Virus record (IMG/VR): IMGVR_UViG_3300036761_003285
Span: 1-58,224 of that record
Reading direction: 5' to 3' (one strand)
Source of the DNA: a virus
Taxonomy: Duplodnaviria > Caudoviricetes
DNA: 58,224 nucleotides
Part shown: positions 26,563 through 36,378 of the stretch, in pieces
How the letters are laid out: each line of letters opens with the position of its first letter
Position numbering within the stretch: position 1 is the stretch's first letter
Translations under genes and position numbers: made by a program
The notes under the pieces: model-generated
What the model was told of the DNA's origin: nothing
The model's input: the letters and a program-made list of their open reading frames with translations, nothing else
The model's database searches: none

Positions 26563-27554
26563 AGATTCTCTATGCATCTGCATCCTTCGCGGCGCAATAT
26601 CATCTTGTTGCTACGGCACAGAACATTCTTGAGGCCTGGCCTAAGTTGTCGTCGGCGAAGGACCTGATGGAGTTTCTGAAAAGTAATCCAGACCCGGAGC
26701 GAACTGCTCTGCTCGATAGCGGAGTGTTCAGTACGTGGAGTCGAGGTGATGAGGTAAATATCGACGCCTATATCAAGACCTGCCATGAACTGATCAATGC
26801 CGGGATCTTTTCTGAGACTGTCAACGTTGACGTAATTCCCGGTAAGTGGGGCCAGATTCCTAGTCCACAGCAGGTCGAGGAGTCTGCTGCAAAGGGCTGG
26901 CAGAACTACATGTATATGATCGAGCACGGTCTTGCTCCTCACAAGATCGTTCACGTCTTTCACCAGGGCGAGGAATTCAAGTGGATCCAGAAGCTCGTTG
27001 ATTATCATGACTACACTGTGAGGCAGGGAGGCGAGGGCCTCTATGTCGGCATCTCTCCGGCCAACGATCGAACAACCAAGCAGAGAATGCTCTGGCTTGA
27101 GCAGGTGATGCCTTATATCACCAACAAGGACGGGACAGCGAAGATGCGCTGGCATGGATTCGGAGTCACATCTTACGAGATCATGAAGCGTTATCCGTGG
27201 TTCAGTTGTGATTCTACGAGCTGGATGCGGGCCGGTGCCATGGGGCAGATCAAAGTTCCTCAGATTGATATCAAAGAACGTCCTTTCATGAACAGCAAGA
27301 TCCAGGTTGCACTTACGAAGCGATCGGGTATGAGTGCGAGTAATCTTCACTTTGACAGTCTATCTCCTGCTGAGCAGGAGTTTGTTCGTGAGTATCTCAA
27401 ACGTATCAACGTGTCGTTTGACGAAGCCTCTGCGGATGGCTCGTCAGGAGTTTCCGCTCGCCAGCATGCGAATCTACACTACTGGAAACAAGTCGAGAAG
27501 GAAATCAACACGTTGGACCTTCGGTGGAAGCCGATGCATCCAACATTCATCTGA
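26559..27554 (+). CDS. TGT-fold deazaguanine DNA transglycosylase (DpdA-like)
   Basis: LDSGVFS, DVIPG, VFHQGE, HGFGVT, PWFSCDSTSW; adjacent to queC/folE/queF. Confidence 0.75.
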   Translation: MKILYASASFAAQYHLVATAQNILEAWPKLSSAKDLMEFLKSNPDPERTALLDSGVFSTWSRGDEVNIDAYIKTCHELINAGIFSETVNVDVIPGKWGQIPSPQQVEESAAKGWQNYMYMIEHGLAPHKIVHVFHQGEEFKWIQKLVDYHDYTVRQGGEGLYVGISPANDRTTKQRMLWLEQVMPYITNKDGTAKMRWHGFGVTSYEIMKRYPWFSCDSTSWMRAGAMGQIKVPQIDIKERPFMNSKIQVALTKRSGMSASNLHFDSLSPAEQEFVREYLKRINVSFDEASADGSSGVSARQHANLHYWKQVEKEINTLDLRWKPMHPTFI

Positions 27555-27563
27555 GAGGAGCGC

Positions 27564-28607
27564 ATGAAAGTAGCACCCCTGAGAGAAGCAACAGCCCGAC
27601 TCCTGCCCGCTATTGACTCAAAGGGTATCGTGAAAGAGTTTACTTACTTCTACTTCAATGGTGACTGCGTCGAAGCTTCTAACGGGTCACTGCTTATCAG
27701 GTCCTATCTTGATGAGAAGTCACCCGTCTTTGCCGTTGAAGCTCTTACATTCTACTCGATTCTGAAGTCCTTAACAGATGAGGATGTCGAGATCATCGTC
27801 ACGGAGAAGACCGTTGAGCTGAAGACCAAGACGGTAAAATCCGAGCTCACCCTTCCTGCCACTCCTGCCAAGAGTACAATTGACTTCAATGTCAGTACAT
27901 GGCAACCGCTTCCTGAAGGACTGATCTATGGCTTGGGGTTGTGCCGATACACAGCCTGTCCGGATCAGACCGCCGGTGCGCTGACAGGAGTTCGTGTTGA
28001 AGACGACATTATTCTTTCGTGCGATCGCTGGCGCATCTCATTCTTCAACCTGGACAAGGAGTCAAAGCTCACGGCAACTCTTCCCGCAGATCTGATCGAC
28101 GAGCTGGGTCGTTTTTCTAAAACCCTTACTCAGTTTGCCGTGAAGGGTAACACAATCTATTTCAGGATGGAGAAGGTCATCATTGGGGCACAGATGCTCA
28201 GCGGGGACTATCCTTCGGCGAAGCTCCTGGATGCGATCAAGATGACTGAGAGTACTATGGAGCTCAAACTCACGAAGGAGCTGAAGCAGAAGATCGCTGA
28301 GGCGAGTAACCGTCAGAATATCATCCAGGAGAAGGTGATGGAGTACGACCGTTTGAGCAAGTTTACCTTCGAGAAGAACAGAGTAATTCTCTTTGCCCAG
28401 AATGATACGGTTGGTAAGATCGAGGAGCAGATCGAGTGTCCGGGTTCTGCTGCAGTAGTGTTTTCCTTCTTTGTCAATCCGGTTTTCCTGTTGAAGATGT
28501 TTGAAGAGACTGATCAGCTTACCTACTCCGCCGAGCACTCCGTTGCATCCTTTCTCGGGCCTCAGTTTGTACATATGGTGAAGACAAAGGCCCCAGCCCA
28601 GGCGTGA
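27564..28607 (+). CDS. DNA sliding clamp (DnaN beta-like)
   Basis: 347 aa; ALTGVRV...SCDRWRI, SGDYP, VNPVFLL; precedes polymerase. Confidence 0.75.
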   Translation: MKVAPLREATARLLPAIDSKGIVKEFTYFYFNGDCVEASNGSLLIRSYLDEKSPVFAVEALTFYSILKSLTDEDVEIIVTEKTVELKTKTVKSELTLPATPAKSTIDFNVSTWQPLPEGLIYGLGLCRYTACPDQTAGALTGVRVEDDIILSCDRWRISFFNLDKESKLTATLPADLIDELGRFSKTLTQFAVKGNTIYFRMEKVIIGAQMLSGDYPSAKLLDAIKMTESTMELKLTKELKQKIAEASNRQNIIQEKVMEYDRLSKFTFEKNRVILFAQNDTVGKIEEQIECPGSAAVVFSFFVNPVFLLKMFEETDQLTYSAEHSVASFLGPQFVHMVKTKAPAQA

Positions 28608-28613
28608 GTGACC

Positions 28614-31202
28614 ATGGAAGATCTGACTCAACGAGCGTTCATAGTTGATGCCAACGTCTTGGCCAAGATGAATCGACGACGTCGCGTTTCACGCAAGGAC
28701 GTTGATGGCCCGAAGCGACCCGCCACGCCGGGCCGAAAGAGAACGATATCTCCGGTTGTTCGAGATTGTACTGTCTGCGGACTTGATAAAGAGTGTCAAT
28801 CACCAAAGATGGAGCCTACGGGTAACGGGCAGATGCAGATTCTGCTCTGTGGAGAGGCGCCGGGTGATGTTGAAGATCACAAAGGTGTGCAGTTTGTTGG
28901 ACCTACTGGATCGCATCTTGATGATAGTATAAGAGAGCTTGGGATTGAGATGCATCGAGATTGCTTTCTTACTAACGCAATCCAGTGCAAGCTGCTTGCA
29001 GGGTCGGGAAAGAAGAAGGCTAAGATGGACTTTTGGGCCGACTGCTGTAGAGCTCGGCTTGAAACTCAGATACTCCGTATGAAGCCTCGGCTAATCATTG
29101 CCTTTGGCGCTCCGGCGATGCGAGCAATACTCAGGCCAAAGTTTGGTGATCCGGGCTCTACACAGTACCACGGTCTCGTCTTTCCCTCTCTGAAGTTCAA
29201 CTGCTGGGTAGGGTGCTGCTGGCATCCATCATACGTGACCAGGGAGATCGAGAAAGGCAACGAGAGCATCCAAGAGTTGTTCTTGCAAGCGCTGGCAACC
29301 TTTCTTGATTTCCTAGGAAAGCCGATTCCTGCACCCCTTCCAGAGAATCACATTGTTCTCAAAGACTTCGACCTCGCCCGTGAGTTTCTTCAGGGCATGT
29401 GTCAGTGTACTTTGCCCACAGCATTTGACTACGAGACAACCAGATTGCACCCATCTGGTGGACCTGAGTCGCGAATCTACTGTGCGTCTTTCTCTACTAA
29501 CCCCGAAGAGGGGTTTTGGCTTCCTCTCCAGATGCCTGCATTTTGGACTCCCGAACAGCAAGTTGAGCTTCTCGTTCTCCTCGGTGAGTGGCTGAGATCA
29601 CCGTGCCCGAAGGTGATTCAGAATCGATCGATGGAAGAGCGTTGGTCAGCATCAGAGCTTGCCACGGAGATCGAGAATGTTATCAACGATACCATGGTAA
29701 CACATCACGTCATCTACAACCGGGCTCGTACGACGAATCTGGGCTTTCAGTCGTTCATGCTGAGGGGTGTTGACTACAAAGGTGAGGTCAACGTCGAGCA
29801 GAACGATTGGTGTGACCACGAACCAATTGATAAAGTCATCAAGTATTCGTGTTACGATTCGCAGTATACCCTTCTTGCTCACCAGGAGCAACAGAAGATT
29901 CTAGATCGAGAACCTGTCCTCAAGCAGGCAGCGGGATTCTTTCTTAAGTGCCTCAAGCCACTGATCAGAATGGAGGTTAGAGGCTTTGCCGTGGATAAGA
30001 AGAGGCTTGCTGATCAGCGCAAGGAGGCCGAGACCAAGCAGGCCGAGTGTGCTAATTTCATTGCCAAGCATGAGTTTGTCGAGCAGTTCAAGAAGAAGTT
30101 CGATCGTGACTCATGGGGACCGGGATCGGACAAGGATTTCATTGATCTCTTCTACCGCACTCTCGGATTGAAACCTCCGCCGTGGACTACAGAGGGCGGA
30201 GGCTACCCGTCGGACAAGGACGCCGTTGCATTCATTCTGAAGAGTGTGCAAGACGCCAAGCTGAAAGAGTTCTTTGAAAAGATGCTATCTTGGCGGAGGT
30301 ACGACACTCTGCTGTCAACTTTCATTGGCGGGTTCGAGAGAGCTCTTCAACCAGACGGTCTTATTCATCCAAGTTTTCTTCTCAACACTGTGGCTAGTTA
30401 CAGGTCGAGTTCTTCCAATCCCAATCTCCAGAATCTGCCAAAACGAGCGGAGGAGCATTCCGAGTTTCGCAAGATCGTGATTCCCCACGTTGGCAGCCTG
30501 ATCACAGAGGCAGATGCGAGCGGATCAGAGGTTGTAACGATTGCGATGATGTCGGGTGACGCGGTGTTGATCCAGCAGATCAAAGAAAAGTTTGATCCTC
30601 ATCGCTACTGGGCTACAAAGTTGTGGGAGTGGGATGATCCTTCCAAGGTGACGAAGAATCAGCGGTTCCTCTCCAAGAACAAGTTTGTCTTTCCTGAGTT
30701 TTATGGGTCCTACTACAAGACCTGCGCTGCAGATCTCGAACTTCCCGAGCGCCACGTCATGAGGGTTGAGAGAGAGTTCTGGCAGATGTACAAGGGCGTT
30801 AAAAGATGGCAGGAACTACTTGTAAAAGCTTACGACCGGACAGGTTACGTTGAGTTGCCGCTTGGGTTTAGGCGGTATGCTCCACTGTCGAAGAACCAGA
30901 TTCTCAATACTCCTGTTCAGGGAACGAGTTTTCACATGCTTCTTGAAGCCATTCGAGAGTCGGACGAGGAGATGGTTCGTCGACAGATGAGGAGTCTGAT
31001 TGAGCTCGAAGTACACGACAGTATGGTAACCGATGTGGTTCTGGAAGAGCTCGACGATGTCCGGAAGATCCAGTTGACGGCGATGACGAGACATCAGTGG
31101 GATTGGCAACGTGACGTGCCGAGAAGCGCTGAATGGCTCGAGGGTCCAAATTGGGGCGAGCAGAAAGAGGTCAAGGATGCTCTACCAACAAGTAAGGCCT
31201 AA
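28614..31202 (+). CDS. Family A DNA polymerase with N-terminal UDG-like domain and 3'-5' exonuclease
   Basis: GEAPG...FVGPTG, WHPSY (UDG family 4); FDYET exonuclease; RSSSSNPNLQNLP; ADASGSE (motif A); K.FVFPEFYG (motif B); NTPVQG; VHDS (motif C). Confidence 0.95.
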   Translation: MEDLTQRAFIVDANVLAKMNRRRRVSRKDVDGPKRPATPGRKRTISPVVRDCTVCGLDKECQSPKMEPTGNGQMQILLCGEAPGDVEDHKGVQFVGPTGSHLDDSIRELGIEMHRDCFLTNAIQCKLLAGSGKKKAKMDFWADCCRARLETQILRMKPRLIIAFGAPAMRAILRPKFGDPGSTQYHGLVFPSLKFNCWVGCCWHPSYVTREIEKGNESIQELFLQALATFLDFLGKPIPAPLPENHIVLKDFDLAREFLQGMCQCTLPTAFDYETTRLHPSGGPESRIYCASFSTNPEEGFWLPLQMPAFWTPEQQVELLVLLGEWLRSPCPKVIQNRSMEERWSASELATEIENVINDTMVTHHVIYNRARTTNLGFQSFMLRGVDYKGEVNVEQNDWCDHEPIDKVIKYSCYDSQYTLLAHQEQQKILDREPVLKQAAGFFLKCLKPLIRMEVRGFAVDKKRLADQRKEAETKQAECANFIAKHEFVEQFKKKFDRDSWGPGSDKDFIDLFYRTLGLKPPPWTTEGGGYPSDKDAVAFILKSVQDAKLKEFFEKMLSWRRYDTLLSTFIGGFERALQPDGLIHPSFLLNTVASYRSSSSNPNLQNLPKRAEEHSEFRKIVIPHVGSLITEADASGSEVVTIAMMSGDAVLIQQIKEKFDPHRYWATKLWEWDDPSKVTKNQRFLSKNKFVFPEFYGSYYKTCAADLELPERHVMRVEREFWQMYKGVKRWQELLVKAYDRTGYVELPLGFRRYAPLSKNQILNTPVQGTSFHMLLEAIRESDEEMVRRQMRSLIELEVHDSMVTDVVLEELDDVRKIQLTAMTRHQWDWQRDVPRSAEWLEGPNWGEQKEVKDALPTSKA

Positions 31203-32136
31203 CACGTTTGATAAAGTTATCGGAAACAAGGCTGTTATCCTGGGATTAAAGGGTCTGGTGGCGAAGAGGCCGGCTGATCGTCCTCATACCTTTCTTCTAC
31301 ACGGGCCGAGCGGCTGTGGAAAGACGACGCTTGCGAGAATCATTGCCAAAGAGTTTGGGTGTGATGATGTCAATACTATTGAGATCAACGCCGCAAACTG
31401 TCGAGGAATTGACACTATCAGGGACATTTCCAACTCGGCTGATTTGATGCCGATGTTTGGGGTGGCAAAGAGCTACATACTTGATGAATCGCATCAGCTC
31501 ACCTCGGCAGCACAAGAGGCTCTTCTGAAGATCATCGAAGACTGCCCACTCCATGTCTACTTCATCTTCTGCACGACTGACCCTTCTAAGATCATTCTTA
31601 CTATTCGAAATCGTTGTGCGAAGTACGAGGTTGTACCCCTCAGGCCGTCGGAGCTACGAAAGGTGCTTGAAGATGCCACGGTACGAATGGTGCAGGAACT
31701 CAAGCTGGATGATCCACCTCCTGCAGAGGTCATCGATGCCATTGTCAAAGCCTCTAATGGGTGCCCGCGGCAGGCAGTGATGCTCCTGGAGCAGATTCAG
31801 AGTTGTACGTCTGTTGAAGACGCTCTGGAATCAATTGAGTACCTCTCAACGGCTGAAAGCGTTTCAAAGGAGATCTTTGAAATCGTGCAACTGGTGGCTT
31901 CGAAGAAATCCACTCGCTGGGAGAGGATCGCGAAGTTGTATCGAGAACTCAAGCCCGATCCCGAGAAGGTCCGGCTATCAGTTCTTGGTTACTGCAAGAC
32001 TATTCTGCTCACAACCGCAGATCTTGATGAAGCTGGTCGGATGGCAGAGGTGATTTCGATCTTTGAGAAACCTGTATATACAGCAGGAGAGGCCCTTCTT
32101 GCTCGCATGCTATTCGAGTCAACTCTGCTAGATTAA
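31177..32136 (+). CDS. Clamp loader ATPase (DnaX gamma/tau-like)
   Basis: LYQQVRP..FD.VIGN, GPSGCGKTT, ILDESH, ALLKIIED, TIRNRC. Confidence 0.93.
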   Translation: MLYQQVRPNTFDKVIGNKAVILGLKGLVAKRPADRPHTFLLHGPSGCGKTTLARIIAKEFGCDDVNTIEINAANCRGIDTIRDISNSADLMPMFGVAKSYILDESHQLTSAAQEALLKIIEDCPLHVYFIFCTTDPSKIILTIRNRCAKYEVVPLRPSELRKVLEDATVRMVQELKLDDPPPAEVIDAIVKASNGCPRQAVMLLEQIQSCTSVEDALESIEYLSTAESVSKEIFEIVQLVASKKSTRWERIAKLYRELKPDPEKVRLSVLGYCKTILLTTADLDEAGRMAEVISIFEKPVYTAGEALLARMLFESTLLD

Positions 32137-32154
32137 CTTGTAAGAGAAAACATC

Positions 32155-32319
32155 ATGGAATATATTATTGAAGTGCTGAAAGTTTTGGGATTTACAGCTA
32201 TAGGGGTGGCGGGGTTTGGCATCCTGATGCTGGTGGTGTTTGTTCTAGTCAGGACAATGACGATTGGGTTCTATTCAGGAAAAGATGCCGTTGAGAAGCG
32301 GCGCAAACAGAAGGAGTAA
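32155..32319 (+). CDS. Small single-pass membrane protein (54 aa, not in ORF track)
   Basis: MEYIIEVLKVLGFTAIGVAGFGILMLVVFVLVRT...KRRKQKE fills the intergenic gap exactly. Confidence 0.65.
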   Translation: MEYIIEVLKVLGFTAIGVAGFGILMLVVFVLVRTMTIGFYSGKDAVEKRRKQKE

Positions 32320-32323
32320 GGTT

Positions 32324-33367
32324 ATGGGAAGGCTGGATGCTATTCAGAAAACCGCAAAGGAGAGCGCGGAGGGTTCTTTCGGACCGAAGAGGGTGTGGTA
32401 CCTCAATACTGCTCTTCTTGAGGAGCTCGGGATTGACCAGTACAAAGCGAAGGTGGGGACAAACTTCCTTCGCATTCTTCCTCCTGAGAGTCTGGAAGAG
32501 TACTTTGGTAGGCGCATCTTCGTCCATTACAACATCGGTCCGAACGACGATGCATATCTGTGCCCGAAGCTGATGAAGAATCAGCGGTGCCCAATCTGCG
32601 AGCGTCGTGACGCTCTTCTGGCCAAGGAAGCCGACAAGGAAGTGTTGAGGATGTACTCGTGCTTCCCGCCTCGATATCTCTTTTTCGTTATGGACGTCTC
32701 GTCCAAGGAGACCGAGGAGAAGGGCCCGCAGATCTATGACGCTCCGCAGGGAGTGAACGAGGAGATCCTGGGCCTGAGCAAGGATCGTCGAACCGGTGAG
32801 GTGATTGACATCAGTGATCCAGATAAGGGCAAGGTCATCATCTTCGATCGGAAGGGCACCAAGGCGATGAATACTCGCTACAGTGCTTTCGAGCTCGAGG
32901 ATGCCGATGCGGTTCCGGATGACTGGCTCGAGATTCCTACCTTTGACGAAGTTCTGAAGTTTGCAACGACGGAGGAGCTCGAGAAGGCCTTGGCAAGTAT
33001 GGGTCAGAGGGAAGTCGAGCCCCAGCTTGAGCCCGAAGAAGAAGCCGCCGGGCCGAGAAGGAGACAGAGGGAGTCTGCTCCTGTGGTTACTCTACCCCCT
33101 CCCCCGCCCCCGCCTCCTCCACCTCCTCCTGCGGCTCCGCCTACTCCTCCTCCTGTAGCTGAGCCGCCCGTTCGGAGGCGCCGGAGAACTGAGGAAGTTC
33201 CGGTTCCTACCACTTCCCAGCCTCCCCTGGCCGCGGCACCGGCGCCGGCGCCTGCTACGACCCCCGCTCCTGCGGCCCCTGCACCCGCGCCTGCGGCTGT
33301 CGGAACCGATGATGATGTCAGACATCGTGTTCGTGAGCGCTTGGCACGTCACCGTCAGGGGGCCTGA
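32324..33367 (+). CDS. Single-stranded DNA-binding protein (gp32-like) with Pro-rich tail
   Basis: LRILPP, HYNIG, CPK...CPICE, DISDPDKG, TRYS; AAGGAG SD. Confidence 0.85.
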   Translation: MGRLDAIQKTAKESAEGSFGPKRVWYLNTALLEELGIDQYKAKVGTNFLRILPPESLEEYFGRRIFVHYNIGPNDDAYLCPKLMKNQRCPICERRDALLAKEADKEVLRMYSCFPPRYLFFVMDVSSKETEEKGPQIYDAPQGVNEEILGLSKDRRTGEVIDISDPDKGKVIIFDRKGTKAMNTRYSAFELEDADAVPDDWLEIPTFDEVLKFATTEELEKALASMGQREVEPQLEPEEEAAGPRRRQRESAPVVTLPPPPPPPPPPPPAAPPTPPPVAEPPVRRRRRTEEVPVPTTSQPPLAAAPAPAPATTPAPAAPAPAPAAVGTDDDVRHRVRERLARHRQGA

Positions 33368-33861
33368 TGCTTAGCTATGACGAACTTCGGGGGCGGGTAG
33401 CCATCAATGCGAATGCTCTGAGTGAGCAATGCTCCAATCACCCAGAGCTGTTCATGGAAGCTGGTGACCTTGCCTCCGAAGCTCGAGCGGCTGCAAAGGC
33501 CGCGAAGCACAATCTCGAGCAAGTTCAGGCGACAGTTCAACTTGGGTATCGAAACGGAACGACGCACACTGAGGCCAAGATTACCGAGACTTCTATCCTT
33601 GCCTTGGTAGCAACCGACCTCGCGGTTATCAAGGCCAAGCGAGAGCTAGTCGAAACAGAGCTGCTCTCATCGAAGTGTGATTCTCTAGTGAACGCATACG
33701 ATCATCGACGGAGTATGCTCACCAATGAGGTAACACTTGCTACGCAGACGTTTTACCAGACGGGTGATATCAAGTCTCGCAGAGTTTTGAACGAGGCTAC
33801 TGAGGAAGAGATCAGAAAGAGAAGGGCTGAGGAACATGGCAGAGGAGAAAGCGAAAGCTAG
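33367..33861 (+). CDS. UvsY-like recombination mediator
   Basis: Helical; KITETSI...AYDHRRSML pattern; between SSB and RecA. Confidence 0.6.
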   Translation: MLSYDELRGRVAINANALSEQCSNHPELFMEAGDLASEARAAAKAAKHNLEQVQATVQLGYRNGTTHTEAKITETSILALVATDLAVIKAKRELVETELLSSKCDSLVNAYDHRRSMLTNEVTLATQTFYQTGDIKSRRVLNEATEEEIRKRRAEEHGRGESES

Positions 33862-34891
33862 TGATTTCATCAAAGACCTAGGACCTGTCAAGTACTTTCT
33901 GTCATCAGGGTCTACTTTGTTGGATCTTGCCATTGCCAATCGACTACCGGGAGGCTTCCCTGCTGGACGTATCTCTCATATCTACGGCAATGAGTCGACG
34001 GGGAAATCACTGCTAGGAGGAGAGGTCCTCGGCAGTGCTCAGCGCCAGGGGGGAAGAGCATCCCTCAACGATTCAGAAGGCACTTGGGATCTTCAGCGAG
34101 CGCATGACATCAATGCCGTACAAATTGACAACCCAGCAATCTGGTCTTACGACTCGTCGGAGACAATCGAAGACCTGTTTGACAGGTTCATCTTTGACGA
34201 GGTCGTTGCATGTCACAACCTCAAAGTTCCTTCATGTTCGTGTGCTGTCATTGATACTCTATCAGCCATTCCATCCAAGGTGGAGAAGGAAACTAAGCTC
34301 GAAGCACCTACTATGGGGCAGAGCCGCCCCAAGCAGCTCAGTGTTGCATTCCGGAAGTACATTGACGCCATTAACAGTGTGAATCTCGCCCTGGTGTTTC
34401 TAGATCAAACTCGGGAGAATGTTGGGGTAACCTTTGGTGATTCACTGACTACATCTGGTGGTAAGGCGCTGAGATTTTATGCGTCAGTTCGGGTGATTCT
34501 GTCCCACATTGACAAGATCAAGAATTCAGCTGAGCGAGCGGTTGGTGTAAAGCTTGGCTTCTACGTGAAGAAAAACAAGATCGGGCCGCCTTTCAGAGAA
34601 GGCGAATTCAGAATCCTTTTCGACTACGGTATTGATGACATCGGCTCCAACTTGGAGTGGCTTCATGAGAACGACCCAGAGCAGATCAAGGTACCAAAGA
34701 AGGATAGGCCGTGGGTGTTCAGAGCGAGTGCTGCTGACTCGAAGCCAATTGATCTTAAAGGTCGTGGTTTGAATGCACTGATTGAGAAGGTCGAAGCCGA
34801 GAATCTCGAGAAGTGTCTGATCTCTGAAGTTGAGCGTGTGTGGAAGGTTGTCTACATGCCACCAGATAGAAAGCCCCGGCAAAGGGTATAG
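33836..34891 (+). CDS. recA: RecA/UvsX recombinase
   Basis: SSGSTLLDLAI, GGFPAGRI, GNESTGKS, DSE, TTSGGKALRFYASVR, KNKIGPPF. Confidence 0.95.
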   Translation: MAEEKAKASDFIKDLGPVKYFLSSGSTLLDLAIANRLPGGFPAGRISHIYGNESTGKSLLGGEVLGSAQRQGGRASLNDSEGTWDLQRAHDINAVQIDNPAIWSYDSSETIEDLFDRFIFDEVVACHNLKVPSCSCAVIDTLSAIPSKVEKETKLEAPTMGQSRPKQLSVAFRKYIDAINSVNLALVFLDQTRENVGVTFGDSLTTSGGKALRFYASVRVILSHIDKIKNSAERAVGVKLGFYVKKNKIGPPFREGEFRILFDYGIDDIGSNLEWLHENDPEQIKVPKKDRPWVFRASAADSKPIDLKGRGLNALIEKVEAENLEKCLISEVERVWKVVYMPPDRKPRQRV

Positions 34892-35845
34892 ATGGAGAAC
34901 GAGAATAAAGAGCGCCTTGAGCGCGTCCTGAAGGAGCTGGGCATTCCTTGGCAGGTGAAGGCGAAGAACTCCTTGAACATCAACTGTCCATACTGTTCGA
35001 GTGATGAGGGGTTTCATTTGGGAATCTACCTTGACAACTTCACTTTTAGTTGCTGGAAGTGTAAAGTTGGGGGTTCGTTATTTGATGTGTTGAATGAGAT
35101 TACTCACATTCGTTACTCAGAGTTTGAGACACTTTTCACCAAGCCAAGAGATCAAGGTGACCTAACTGCAGAACAGGCAATTTTGGCAATGATGAAGCAG
35201 GCTGTCGATAAAGAGAAGAGAGCTGAGAGCGGAGTGCAATGGCCTCCGCCGTGCGGAATGCCTCTAGGGAAGATGTGTAATGAAGCCCTTGTCCGTGATT
35301 TCATGACGAAGAGAAACCTTAACGTCAACTTCTGCTGTTGCCGAGGTGTTTACATCGGTGTTGCATCGAAGTGGACGGCTCGTTTCATCATTCCTGTGTC
35401 ACACGGAGGAAGGGTTGTGGCCTACCAAGGCAGAGATATGACAGGGAAGATCGAGCCACGGTACCGAACTGAAGGTGATGTCAGCAAGTACTTGTATGGT
35501 TTCGACGACATTGACTACACCAAACCAGTGGCAATCACAGAAGGGGTAATCAACGCTTGGACTATTGAGGAGAACGCCGTCGCAGCCTTCACGCAGAGCC
35601 TTTCTTCTGATCAGCTTGCACTGATGTGGAGTATGAGAGAAGTACCGATGTGGATCCTGTGCTGGGATATCGGACAGGATGGTTCCGATGCATTCTGGAC
35701 TGCTCGAAAGATGGGCCAAGAGCTTGTGAGTATGTTTGGCCAAGGCAAGGTTGGATACATCGAGTTTCCTCCCGGAAAGGATTGCAACGACATGGGACGA
35801 GACTGGATGCGAGCTGAGCTTGAACACCCAAAACTCTTTGAATGA
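34892..35845 (+). CDS. DNA primase (Zn ribbon plus Toprim)
   Basis: CPYC...CWKC, YQGR, ITEG, CWD...D, KDCNDM. Confidence 0.88.
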   Translation: MENENKERLERVLKELGIPWQVKAKNSLNINCPYCSSDEGFHLGIYLDNFTFSCWKCKVGGSLFDVLNEITHIRYSEFETLFTKPRDQGDLTAEQAILAMMKQAVDKEKRAESGVQWPPPCGMPLGKMCNEALVRDFMTKRNLNVNFCCCRGVYIGVASKWTARFIIPVSHGGRVVAYQGRDMTGKIEPRYRTEGDVSKYLYGFDDIDYTKPVAITEGVINAWTIEENAVAAFTQSLSSDQLALMWSMREVPMWILCWDIGQDGSDAFWTARKMGQELVSMFGQGKVGYIEFPPGKDCNDMGRDWMRAELEHPKLFE

Positions 35846-36378
35846 ACCCTCAAGATGAAAGCTCATTATTTGATACTTTGACTGAGGCGGAGGTAACATC
35901 GATTGCCAAGATTATCGTTTCACTTGCGGCAAAGTTTGCGCAGAAATTTCCTTTCTTGGTGGCCGATGATCTGATACAGGATGGATGGAAGGAAATCATC
36001 CGATATCAAACTTACTTTGACCCAGCCAAGGGCAAGCTCACTTCCTGGGTATACATGGTCGTCCAGGACATCTTCACAAGCATCGCGCAGAAGGAGTACA
36101 ACAAGACACAGAAGTGGGAGGACATCGAAGGTCACGTCTTCAAAGATACGACGGTTAGTGATCCTTGCCACCAAGTAGCACTTTTGGATATGATTGTGAC
36201 TCTTCAGAAAACACTCTCGCCTGTCTGCTTCAAGTACTTGTTGGAATTGGAGAAGAATCCTCAGATCTGCCTCAATACACTGTCGCAGATACTTGGGTTG
36301 TCCGAGAGGGATCTGAGCTATCTGCGAGATGAATTGAGATCAACAACAGAGCACATCATGGGCAGAGCATATGAATGA
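35842..36378 (+). CDS. Sigma70-family-like factor
   Basis: ADDLIQDGW...FDPAKGKLTSWVY region 2; C-terminal LSQILGLSE HTH. Confidence 0.75.
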   Translation: MNPQDESSLFDTLTEAEVTSIAKIIVSLAAKFAQKFPFLVADDLIQDGWKEIIRYQTYFDPAKGKLTSWVYMVVQDIFTSIAQKEYNKTQKWEDIEGHVFKDTTVSDPCHQVALLDMIVTLQKTLSPVCFKYLLELEKNPQICLNTLSQILGLSERDLSYLRDELRSTTEHIMGRAYE

